Source of the DNA: Bacillota bacterium
GTDB taxonomy: Bacteria > Bacillota > Clostridia > Saccharofermentanales > DTU023
DNA: 64,000 bases
Direction: 5' to 3'
Assembly: GCA_023622515.1 (NCBI GenBank)
Contig: JAMNZB010000016.1
Location: forward strand, 3,118-67,117
Shown here: in pieces, positions 35,097 to 43,146 of the stretch
Numbering within the stretch: position 1 is the stretch's first letter
Layout of the letters: every line of letters starts with the position of its first letter
Program-made: the position numbers and the translations under genes
The notes under the pieces: model-generated
The model's database searches: none
What the model saw: only the letters and a program-made list of their open reading frames with translations
What the model was told of the DNA's origin: nothing

Positions 35097-35687
35097 TCAG
35101 TGTAGGTTTTCACTGATGGCTCGCATATATGCTTCAAGTACTTGATAGTTATTACTTTGACTTTGCCCGCTTCCATCCCCCAGAATATTCCTTTCATAAA
35201 AGATGACCTGGTCGCTATCCGGTAAATCAACAGTGACTCTTTGCATTTGCGAGGGTTTGCGTAAGGAAAATAAGCGCAAGGCTTCACTTTCTATATGAGC
35301 CGTATCACTCTGACTAATCAGCCTATTCTGTAAGTCTATATTTTTCTCTCGTTGCACTTGAATGTCTTTTCTAATGGATGTATTCGCAAAATTCTGCTCA
35401 TATATGCTTGCCTGGCGAACCATCAAACCGGAAAAAATAAGCGTAATAAAAATAATGCAGACTAAACCGTATACTGATCTCCTGCGCCTTTCAGCAATTG
35501 TTGTCTTCCGCAAAAGGTGAATCTCAGCCTGTCGTTTCTCACGACGCTCTGTTTCTTCTTTAAGTTTTCGCTCAATAACCCGTTCCGGAGAGTCATTCCA
35601 GCGTTCCGGAGATATGTTATTTAGCCCAAATTCTAATTGTTTCCTTGCTCTGTCAAAGGCAAGATTGCCATTATAATATTGTTCCAT
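35097..35687 (-). CDS. ftsL: Cell division protein FtsL (extended N-terminus)
   Basis: ORF 35097..35825 trimmed to the ATG at 35687, which lies 4 nt after the rsmH stop with AAAGGAG upstream. 196 aa with a single TM helix (VYGLVCIIFITLIFSGLMV) followed by a coiled coil typical of FtsL. Position between rsmH and the pbp gene supports the call. Confidence 0.7.
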   Translation of the reverse strand: MEQYYNGNLAFDRARKQLEFGLNNISPERWNDSPERVIERKLKEETERREKRQAEIHLLRKTTIAERRRRSVYGLVCIIFITLIFSGLMVRQASIYEQNFANTSIRKDIQVQREKNIDLQNRLISQSDTAHIESEALRLFSLRKPSQMQRVTVDLPDSDQVIFYERNILGDGSGQSQSNNYQVLEAYMRAISENLH

Positions 35688-35691
35688 AAAC

Positions 35692-36654
35692 TTACTTATC
35701 TCCTTTAATCTCAAAGACTCGAAGTCTTGCACTACGTGATCTTGGATTAATTTCCAGTTCTGCAGAGTCTGCTGTGACTCCTTTTCCACTTTTAATTTTT
35801 CCAAAAGCTTGCTTACCACAGACACATTGGGGGAAATTCGGAGGACACGTGCAAGGGTTTTCCCATTGTTTCATCGCCCGCTTGACCATACGATCCTCTA
35901 GAGAATGAAAACTGATTATCAAGATCCGGCCACCTTCATTCATAAAGTAGGGAATCTTTTCCAAAAACTTCTCTAACTGCCCCAATTCATCATTTACTGC
36001 AATGCGTAAGGCCTGAAAGGTCCTTTTTGCCGGGTGCTGTGCTTCCCGCCTTGCTTTTGACGGCAAGGCTTTCAGAATACAAGCACAAAGCTCTCCTGTT
36101 GTTTTAAAGAAGCCTTGCTTTCTTTCTCTGACTATCGCTTTGGCAATCCTTCGTGAATAACGTTCTTCACCATATTCCCAAAAAATTTTTGCCAGCTCTT
36201 CTTCCGGTAAATTATTGACAAAATCAGCTGCTGTTTTCCCCTTTGAAAAATCCATTCGCATATCTAGAGGACCATCCTGCATATAAGAAAAACCGCGTTC
36301 CTCTAAATCCAATTGGGCTGAAGAAACACCGATATCCAGTAAAACACCGTCCAGCTTTTCAATCTTAAGTTCCCTTAGCGTCCGGTCAAAGTCTGCAAAC
36401 TCATTTTGCACAATATGCAAGTTCGCCTTTGTGTCTATGTTTTCAAGTTTCTTACGACCTTCAGCTATAGCCATGGGGTCGCGGTCCAAACATACTAATC
36501 TTCCCTCTTTGCCGAGTCGGTTAATAATTCCCAGGGAATGTCCGGCTCCTCCCATTGTTCCGTCAAGATAGGTTCCCCCTTCTTTGATATTGAGCGCCTC
36601 CATACAAGCCTCAAATAATACGGGAACATGGTAGTTTTTATAATCCTTTGACAT
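35692..36654 (-). CDS. rsmH: 16S rRNA (cytosine1402-N4)-methyltransferase
   Basis: 320 aa. Motifs: DGTMGGAGHS, DIGVSSAQLD, SFHSLEDR. Confidence 0.95.
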   Translation of the reverse strand: MSKDYKNYHVPVLFEACMEALNIKEGGTYLDGTMGGAGHSLGIINRLGKEGRLVCLDRDPMAIAEGRKKLENIDTKANLHIVQNEFADFDRTLRELKIEKLDGVLLDIGVSSAQLDLEERGFSYMQDGPLDMRMDFSKGKTAADFVNNLPEEELAKIFWEYGEERYSRRIAKAIVRERKQGFFKTTGELCACILKALPSKARREAQHPAKRTFQALRIAVNDELGQLEKFLEKIPYFMNEGGRILIISFHSLEDRMVKRAMKQWENPCTCPPNFPQCVCGKQAFGKIKSGKGVTADSAELEINPRSRSARLRVFEIKGDK

Positions 36655-37072
36655 TAAACCTGCTCAGATCCATGTCGGATAGCGTGAGGGCTTCTTCTTT
36701 CTGCTCATCAAGGAAGCGTTTTGAACAAATCTCAACCTTATCAAACATATCAATAAAGTAAATTTCATCACCGGGGCTGACCCCAATAACTTCCCACAAT
36801 TCATCAGAAAGACTAATTCTTCCCTGATTATCTAATTCACAAGCAACAGCACTGCCCAAAAACAGCCGCCTGAATTTCCTAAATTCAGGGTCAGTGCCGG
36901 ATTGTTCACTTAATTGTTCGCGAATGTCCTTAAAATGCTCGGAAGAATAGGCGGAAAGATAGCCTTCATCAAGACTGAGAGTAACATAAAGTGTACCGTC
37001 CAGATTGTTGCGCACACGTGCGGGAACAATTACACGTCCTTTGGCATCGATAGTATGGATATAACGTGCCAT
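36638..37072 (-). CDS. mraZ: Transcriptional regulator MraZ
   Basis: 144 aa with two MraZ/SpoVT-AbrB repeats carrying DxxGR (DAKGRV, DNQGRI). It is the first gene of the dcw cluster. Confidence 0.95.
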   Translation of the reverse strand: MARYIHTIDAKGRVIVPARVRNNLDGTLYVTLSLDEGYLSAYSSEHFKDIREQLSEQSGTDPEFRKFRRLFLGSAVACELDNQGRISLSDELWEVIGVSPGDEIYFIDMFDKVEICSKRFLDEQKEEALTLSDMDLSRFNVKGL

Positions 37073-37098
37073 GTCTTTTACTCTCCTCCTTTTCCACC

Positions 37099-37127
37099 AT
37101 TATACACCCTTTTATGTGTTTTTTACA
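37099..37127 (-). promoter_or_regulatory. Candidate dcw (mraZ) promoter
   Basis: Minus strand: TGTAAA, 17 nt spacer, TGtATAAT (extended -10). It ends 27 nt upstream of the mraZ ATG. Confidence 0.5.
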
Positions 37128-37180
37128 CCATTTCAAACCACTTTCCTACATTCTATAGAAAACATACTTCCATTTCAAGC

Positions 37181-37204
37181 AAAAAAAGAGCCATTTCCGG
37201 CTCT
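37181..37204 (-). terminator. Rho-independent terminator after rodA (bidirectional shape)
   Basis: Stem agagcc (37187-37192) with ggctct (37199-37204), flanked by an A-run on one side and a T-run on the other. Confidence 0.6.
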
Positions 37205-37277
37205 TTTTATCTCAAAATATTATTTTATCTTTCTATTCCAGTCCCCTTCTTATGTCCTTTCCCTTATCCGCCTGCCA

Positions 37278-38384
37278 TTACGACTTGTAGGATTTATATT
37301 CCATGGAAATATTGAGCATTAAACCCAGGGAAAAATAATTAACCACCATGGCCGTACCACCACTTGATAAAAAGGGTAAAGGAATTCCCGTGATAGGCAA
37401 TAACCCCACATTCATCCCCATATTTTCGATAAAGTGAAAGGCCATGACCGCTGTTAGGCCCATCATCAAATAGCTACCATAGTAGTCCATTTCCTGTACT
37501 TTATAAGCAAGATAGATGGCCCTGATGATGAATATGCTGATGAGAATAATCAGACTCGTTGTGCCAATCATTCCTAAATATTCAGAAACAGCAGAGTAGA
37601 TAAAGTCTGATTCTTTAACCGGAACATAGGCTGTTGCATCACTTTGCTTACCACTAATCCCCCCCATGGCAATCGCTTGCAAGGCTTGCTCTAAATGGTA
37701 GCCTTCCGTCAAATCCTGGTCCGGAAAAACCAGGGAAAGGATTCTATTCTTCATATATGGGGAAAAAGAAAAATTCCAAAGGAAGGCAAATAGAGCAAAT
37801 GCTCCCAAACTTAAGCCCAGGATGTACTTCCAATCAAGGCCCCAAACAAAGAGCATTGTGGCAAACATAACAACAATAACTAAAGCTGTACCAAAGTCCG
37901 GTTGACGATAAATGAACAAAATGGGAATGGCAAAAACAAGAAAAATCATAGCGAAGCCCTTCTTATAGTCAAGCTCCCCTTCCTTCATTTTGCAAAAATA
38001 ATGGGAAGAAACCATGGCAATGCCTATTTTAGCTAATTCTGACGGCTGAAAGCTGCCGATAAGCGGAAGCATCAACCAAGAGTCAGCCCCGGTGAGAGCG
38101 GCAAGAGAATAGCCATCAAAGCGGACAACCAACAATAGCACAATGGAAGCGGCATACACAAACCAGGCCATAAGTTTTAGGGTCGGCGGTTCAATAAGGC
38201 AAATAATTAAGGCAAGAAACATACCAAAAATAGCAGCCCCAAACTGCTTAATAAAGTTGCTCGGATATTCTCCTGCACCATAACCGGACTGCATAACCAG
38301 GTTCATAACATACAGACCGATTACCGTCAGGAGCAAGACAGGAATTAAAAGAAAATAATCCATGTCTTCAAAAAAACGTTCCAT
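37278..38384 (-). CDS. rodA: SEDS-family protein RodA/FtsW
   Basis: ORF trimmed to the ATG at 38384 (MERFFEDMDYFLLIPVLLL), 13 nt after the lgt stop. 368 aa polytopic protein with a C-terminal PITGIPLPFLSSGGT motif. The start is uncertain. Confidence 0.85.
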   Translation of the reverse strand: MERFFEDMDYFLLIPVLLLTVIGLYVMNLVMQSGYGAGEYPSNFIKQFGAAIFGMFLALIICLIEPPTLKLMAWFVYAASIVLLLVVRFDGYSLAALTGADSWLMLPLIGSFQPSELAKIGIAMVSSHYFCKMKEGELDYKKGFAMIFLVFAIPILFIYRQPDFGTALVIVVMFATMLFVWGLDWKYILGLSLGAFALFAFLWNFSFSPYMKNRILSLVFPDQDLTEGYHLEQALQAIAMGGISGKQSDATAYVPVKESDFIYSAVSEYLGMIGTTSLIILISIFIIRAIYLAYKVQEMDYYGSYLMMGLTAVMAFHFIENMGMNVGLLPITGIPLPFLSSGGTAMVVNYFSLGLMLNISMEYKSYKS

Positions 38385-38397
38385 TCGTTCTTTTATC

Positions 38398-39399
38398 TTA
38401 AACCTTGCCAAAAGTATCCTCCCCCTCTGTTTCACTTTTATCCTTATCTTCAACCGAGCCATCTTGGCCTATACAATTACTATTCTCAGCTATTGAATCT
38501 TCCTCGCCGCTAGCTGATATCGGGCGTTCAAATGCCGATATCCTTTCTGCCGGAGGAATCCTCTTCAGCCTTGAATAGGAAAAAAGCAGGTAGATTGACG
38601 CTGTAACGAACATAAGCAGGGAAAGAGCCTGAGAGATCCGGATTCCGGTACCGTCAATGTATAAGGAATCCATGCGCAGGGACTCTGTAAAGGAACGTAA
38701 AAGTCCGTACATTGCGAAATAGCATGCTGTCGTTCCAAAACGAATTTTGCTATTTTTTCTAACACGCAGTAATAGGATGAAGATAATGATGTTAGCCAGG
38801 CTTTCATAAAGAAATGTGGGGTGCACCGGCTTATCCGGGGTGGGATGCCCAAGACTTAATAAGTAATACAGTGTCCCTTCGCTTTTCATCCCCCAAGGTA
38901 AATCCGTCGGCCTACCGAAGGCTTCTTGATTAAAAAAATTCCCCCAGCGACCAATGGCATGGCCTAAGGCTAAATAGGGGGCAAAGAAATCCGTATAGTG
39001 AGAAAAGTTTATCTTTTTATACTTACTCATCAAGAAAATACCCAGAATCCCACCTAGCACACCGCCATAAAAGGCAAGGCCGCCATCAGATATATTTAAA
39101 ATTTCCAACAAGCCGTAAGACAATATTTTCGGAGAAAAAACAAGATAGTAGGCCCTTGCCCCAACGATAGCAAGGGGGATGACCAGCAGAAAAACATCCA
39201 AAATATCATCTGCGCTTAATCGAAACTTTTCTGCATCGCGCAGCGACAGGTAGAGCCCCAGCCCGAAGGCAAAGGCAATAAGCAAACCATACCAATATAT
39301 ACTGATCTCACGACCAAAAAGAGAAAACTCAAAAATCACCCTGTTAACAGCCAGGTCTTCTATACCTAAGCCGGGAAAAGATACCGTAAAAGATCTCAT
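38398..39399 (-). CDS. lgt: Prolipoprotein diacylglyceryl transferase
   Basis: ORF trimmed to the ATG at 39399 (GGAGG RBS). 333 aa with the GRWGNFFNQEAFG signature and HPTFLYES. The acidic C-terminal tail is longer than usual. Confidence 0.9.
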   Translation of the reverse strand: MRSFTVSFPGLGIEDLAVNRVIFEFSLFGREISIYWYGLLIAFAFGLGLYLSLRDAEKFRLSADDILDVFLLVIPLAIVGARAYYLVFSPKILSYGLLEILNISDGGLAFYGGVLGGILGIFLMSKYKKINFSHYTDFFAPYLALGHAIGRWGNFFNQEAFGRPTDLPWGMKSEGTLYYLLSLGHPTPDKPVHPTFLYESLANIIIFILLLRVRKNSKIRFGTTACYFAMYGLLRSFTESLRMDSLYIDGTGIRISQALSLLMFVTASIYLLFSYSRLKRIPPAERISAFERPISASGEEDSIAENSNCIGQDGSVEDKDKSETEGEDTFGKV

Positions 39400-39486
39400 C
39401 CTTGTCCTCCATATCACATGTGTGTAAATCATAGCACAAAGCTGACCGGCCTTTGTCTATCTTTCTGCAAACAAATGTAAAAATTG

Positions 39487-40500
39487 CTAGTAAGTAATTG
39501 CTTCCTGCCCTCTTAAATAGGACTGAGCATTTTCATCTTGTAAGAGCAAGGCAGCCTTTGAGCGGGCGGCATACTTTTTTTCGGCAAGTTCTAGGTCAAG
39601 GTGAACTTGCTCGCGCAATTCTTCAACAGAGTCAAAGCAAATTTCCGGTCGTATAAATTCCAGATAGGAAATCGTGACTTCATCACCGTATTCCGGATAA
39701 ACCGAATCAAAAATATAGGTTTCACTTCTTAATTTGTTACTATTTTCTACTGTTGGACGGTAGCCAACATTTGTAATACTGCCAGACTCAAGTTGGGCCC
39801 CATTTTGCTGCCAAGTTGTTTTGCTCAAGTACACACCGCAGGGGAGCGGAACAAGACTAGCGTCGGGAATAATATTCAAAGTCGGAAAACCTAAGGTGCG
39901 GCCTAATCTTTTCCCCTGAACAACAAGTGCTTCATGTTGAAAAGGACGGCCCATTAAGAAATTAGCTTCTGCAATCTTCCGGTCTAAGAGCAGGTTTCTG
40001 ATTCTTGTTGAGGAAACAATCTCTCCGGCAAAAATATAATCCTCCAATATCTCTAGTTGGATATTATGGGCAAGGCAGAACTTTTCCAAGAGAGCTACAT
40101 CTCCCTGGGCCTTATGACCAAAGCGAAAATCGTGACCAACCACAATGGCTTTAGCCTGCATTTTTTTCTGAATAATTTCCTTCAGAAAAGGCTCAGCTTC
40201 TACAGTCAAAACTTCAGGAAGCAAGGGCATTGAAAATATCTCCTCAACAGAAAATGCTTCTATTGCCCGATAACGCTGCTTTCTGCTTTGCAAATGACCG
40301 GGAAAACTATGAGCTTGAAAAAACGAAGCCGGAGCATTTTGGAAAGTATAGACCGCTGCTCTCAAAGATTGCCCCTCGCTGATAGAACGAAGTTTTTCCA
40401 ATAAACTTTGGTGGCCTAAATGTACACCATCAAAAAAACCCAGAGCGACGGCTCGAGCTACATTCTCCTCTTGATTAAGAAAGTCACTATAAATTTTCAT
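39487..40500 (-). CDS. ribF: Bifunctional riboflavin kinase / FMN adenylyltransferase
   Basis: 337 aa. Motifs: GFFDGVHLGH and GFPTLNI. The C-terminus is ~25 aa longer than typical. Confidence 0.9.
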   Translation of the reverse strand: MKIYSDFLNQEENVARAVALGFFDGVHLGHQSLLEKLRSISEGQSLRAAVYTFQNAPASFFQAHSFPGHLQSRKQRYRAIEAFSVEEIFSMPLLPEVLTVEAEPFLKEIIQKKMQAKAIVVGHDFRFGHKAQGDVALLEKFCLAHNIQLEILEDYIFAGEIVSSTRIRNLLLDRKIAEANFLMGRPFQHEALVVQGKRLGRTLGFPTLNIIPDASLVPLPCGVYLSKTTWQQNGAQLESGSITNVGYRPTVENSNKLRSETYIFDSVYPEYGDEVTISYLEFIRPEICFDSVEELREQVHLDLELAEKKYAARSKAALLLQDENAQSYLRGQEAITY

Positions 40501-41536
40501 GGGAAATAAAAACTCTTTTCGTTTTGATTTGATAGCGCCGGTTATCTGTTTTTTGTAAAAAGGCCATGGCTAGGCATGTTTTTTTATAGAAAACAAGAAG
40601 CTCTTCGCCGGGGTCATATTGGGGTAAACCTTCTTCCTCCAAAAAAACCGGCTTGCCCCGGACGAGATCTTTTGCCTTATCCCCGGGAAGTTGTATTCTT
40701 TTCCGATCTGCAAAAGCGTCAGCAATGGTGTACAAGAACCCCTGTTCTTGCAGGTAGGAAAACATCTTCTCTCGGTCTTGTTCAAATTTATCATACTGAG
40801 CAAGTAAGTCATTACTGTTTGGGGTATTAGTCTTTAAAAGAAAGGGCCCGCATTTGATTCGCTTTAAATTCTCGCAATAGGCTAAGCTGCCAATTTTTCT
40901 TCCCAAGTCTTCTATCCATGAGCGAATATAGGTTCCTTTGGATACATCTAAACGAGCGTAAAGGAAAAATTCCTCCCCATCCGGAATAGGCCAAGCCGGA
41001 ATAAAGTTTTTCTCTTCAAGGAAGGCCGGCAGATCCGCCCTGCAAAGAAGGGCTATTTCCTCCAAACGGACATGAATCGGCCTTGCTTTGCGCTCAATCT
41101 CCCGGCCCTTTCTGGCATACTCGTATAGAGCCTTTCCCTTGTGCTTTAATGCAGAAAACATAGGAGGAAGCTGGTTAATATGGCCGCTCATTTCCTTGCT
41201 TGCCAAGCCTATTCGCCTTGCCAGTTCTCCTGTCTGCCACATTTTTTTCACCTCTTCCCGAGAAATGCGCCGGCTAATACTCCCCTCACGGTCCTGGGTA
41301 TCCCTCTCTTGACCCAGGACAGCTAATACTTCGTAACTTTTGCGATAATCTTCCATAAACTGTATCGCTGCAGTTCCACGACCAAAGGCTAGCGGTAAGA
41401 CACCCGTTGCAAAGGGGTCCAGGGTACCACAATGGCCAATGCGTTTAATACCGAAAATTTTTCGTAACCGAGAAACTACAGAGAAGGAAGTTATTCCCGG
41501 ATCCTTATCTATAATGATGAGACCATTTTTTTCCAA
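40487..41536 (-). CDS. truB: tRNA pseudouridine(55) synthase
   Basis: 349 aa with a TTG start. Contains the catalytic motif GHCGTLDPFATGVL. It is longer than typical TruB because of internal and C-terminal insertions. Confidence 0.9.
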   Translation of the reverse strand: MEKNGLIIIDKDPGITSFSVVSRLRKIFGIKRIGHCGTLDPFATGVLPLAFGRGTAAIQFMEDYRKSYEVLAVLGQERDTQDREGSISRRISREEVKKMWQTGELARRIGLASKEMSGHINQLPPMFSALKHKGKALYEYARKGREIERKARPIHVRLEEIALLCRADLPAFLEEKNFIPAWPIPDGEEFFLYARLDVSKGTYIRSWIEDLGRKIGSLAYCENLKRIKCGPFLLKTNTPNSNDLLAQYDKFEQDREKMFSYLQEQGFLYTIADAFADRKRIQLPGDKAKDLVRGKPVFLEEEGLPQYDPGEELLVFYKKTCLAMAFLQKTDNRRYQIKTKRVFISHENL

Positions 41537-41657
41537 AATTTATTCACCACTTCCAAGCAATAAGCCCTAGCTCCCGGCCAGGTGGCTTATCGACTTTCTT
41601 TGCTCCGCTGAGACATGGTCAAGCAGGTCAGCAAGCACTTTCCTATTTATTAAAGAT

Positions 41658-42689
41658 CTAGCCTGCCAGCTTAGCGACCTCTTCTTTTGCCGCCTGCACA
41701 ACAAGTGCAGCTGTTTTATGAATATTTTCCGTAATCGGCAAGCTGGCCCCTGCTGCACGGAGATGCCCGCCGCCGCCAAACTGTTTAGCAAATGCAGCCG
41801 AGTCAATCTTATCTGTACTGCGAATACTGAGATGGAGAAGAGCTTTGCCATTCTTGTTTTTCTCTTCTCGCATAAAGATAGCCATTTCTACACCCTTTAC
41901 ATTGCTCATCAAGGAAGAAATAGCCCCTAATTCATCTTCATCTGTTCCGCAAGCATGAATTTCACTTATTTCAAACAAACACCAAGACAGCTTGTTCTCA
42001 CACTCAAAATTTGTTTTTGAAAAAGCCAGGCCACGCGCCCTGTATTCACCTATACTGACTTGTGAAAATAAGGCTTCTGATATTTTATCAATGGCCACCT
42101 TGTATTTTTTTAATTGGGCCATAGCAAGATATGTTTCTCTCTTGGTATTGCTAAAGCGGAGGCCACCGGTATCCGCATAAATACCAACAGAAATGTTAAA
42201 AGCACTTTCCTCCGATAAAAGAGGGCGGCCCTTTATTTGTGAAAAAACTTCACTTAATTCAAAAACAAGTTCTGCGGTTGAAGAGCGCCAAGATTGAATC
42301 AAGGAAACGGCAGCTTCAGGCCTAGTCTGATATTGATGGTGGTCAAGAATAAACCTCAGCGGTGCCCTGTCCCAAAGAGCGGCTCGTTTCCCCAAACGAT
42401 TTCTTTCATGGCAATCCAACACAAACAGCATATCAAAAGATTCGGAAAAACTGTCCTCATCATAAATATGAATCCTTTCTATACCAGGCATAAAATGGTA
42501 TAGGTCCGGTATTTTTTCATCAATATATATTGCCGTTGCATAGCCCAGGCCTTGCAAAATTGCACTCAGCGCAAGCGAAGAGCCTATGGCATCGCCATCT
42601 ACCCGGATATGGGGAGCAATCACAATTTTGCTATGCGGCTTGACTTCGCTGAGCAAGCTTTCACAAAATCTTACGATTTCTTTATTCAT
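41658..42689 (-). CDS. nrnA: DHH/DHHA1 phosphoesterase (NrnA-type nanoRNase/pAp phosphatase)
   Basis: 343 aa. Motifs: DGDAIGS, LDHHQ, GGGGHLRAAG. The rbfA-nrnA-truB context is typical of Firmicutes. Confidence 0.85.
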   Translation of the reverse strand: MNKEIVRFCESLLSEVKPHSKIVIAPHIRVDGDAIGSSLALSAILQGLGYATAIYIDEKIPDLYHFMPGIERIHIYDEDSFSESFDMLFVLDCHERNRLGKRAALWDRAPLRFILDHHQYQTRPEAAVSLIQSWRSSTAELVFELSEVFSQIKGRPLLSEESAFNISVGIYADTGGLRFSNTKRETYLAMAQLKKYKVAIDKISEALFSQVSIGEYRARGLAFSKTNFECENKLSWCLFEISEIHACGTDEDELGAISSLMSNVKGVEMAIFMREEKNKNGKALLHLSIRSTDKIDSAAFAKQFGGGGHLRAAGASLPITENIHKTAALVVQAAKEEVAKLAG

Positions 42690-43069
42690 CTACCGCTCCG
42701 ATGAGTAAATTCTTCATTCTTCTTCGCATCCTCCGCCCTAACTTTATCAATTAAGTCAGAAATATAATTACCATGTTCCAATGATTCGTCAAGTTTAAAA
42801 CGCAGGTCAGGAGCGACCCTGAGGTTTATTTGTTCGGCTACCCTACTGCGTAAAAATCCTTTGGCCTTTTCAAGCCCCTTCATCATATCTTTTTTTTCTT
42901 CTTGCGTACCTAGGGTGCTGACATATACAGTCGCTAAGGACAAATCACGATTCATTCGGACTTCTGTTACCGTCGCCATCTCCGGAATACGGGGGTCATT
43001 AATTTCCCCGTAAAGCACTTCAAGTAAAATCCTCTGGACCTCTCCGGCAACTCTCTTTTCTCTTCCCAT
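42686..43069 (-). CDS. rbfA: Ribosome-binding factor A
   Basis: 127 aa. N-terminus RVAGEVQRILLEVL...DPRI and VTEVRMNRDLSLATVYV match the family. Lies downstream of infB. Confidence 0.9.
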   Translation of the reverse strand: MGREKRVAGEVQRILLEVLYGEINDPRIPEMATVTEVRMNRDLSLATVYVSTLGTQEEKKDMMKGLEKAKGFLRSRVAEQINLRVAPDLRFKLDESLEHGNYISDLIDKVRAEDAKKNEEFTHRSGR

Positions 43070-43110
43070 TTCTCTTTCCTTATACTTCTCATTCCCCTGA
43101 TCACAGGAAG

Positions 43111-43135
43111 GAAACGGCCCTGCAGCGGCCGTTTC
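43111..43135 (-). other. Stable stem-loop between infB and rbfA
   Basis: A 9-bp perfect stem, gaaacggcc with ggccgtttc, and a 7-nt loop. No T-run follows, so it is more likely a processing or stability element than a terminator. Confidence 0.5.
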
Positions 43136-43146
43136 ATTTCACTACA

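Noticed and set aside
35688-35825. Longer FtsL start at 35825, overlapping rsmH by 134 nt
   Set aside because: The internal ATG at 35687 follows the rsmH stop and has an AAAGGAG upstream. A 134-nt overlap is implausible.
36914-37322. Plus-strand ORFs of 133 aa and 83 aa spanning the mraZ-rodA spacer
   Set aside because: They run antisense through mraZ, the promoter and the terminator region. Their Phe/Leu/Pro-rich translation is typical of AT-rich non-coding sequence.
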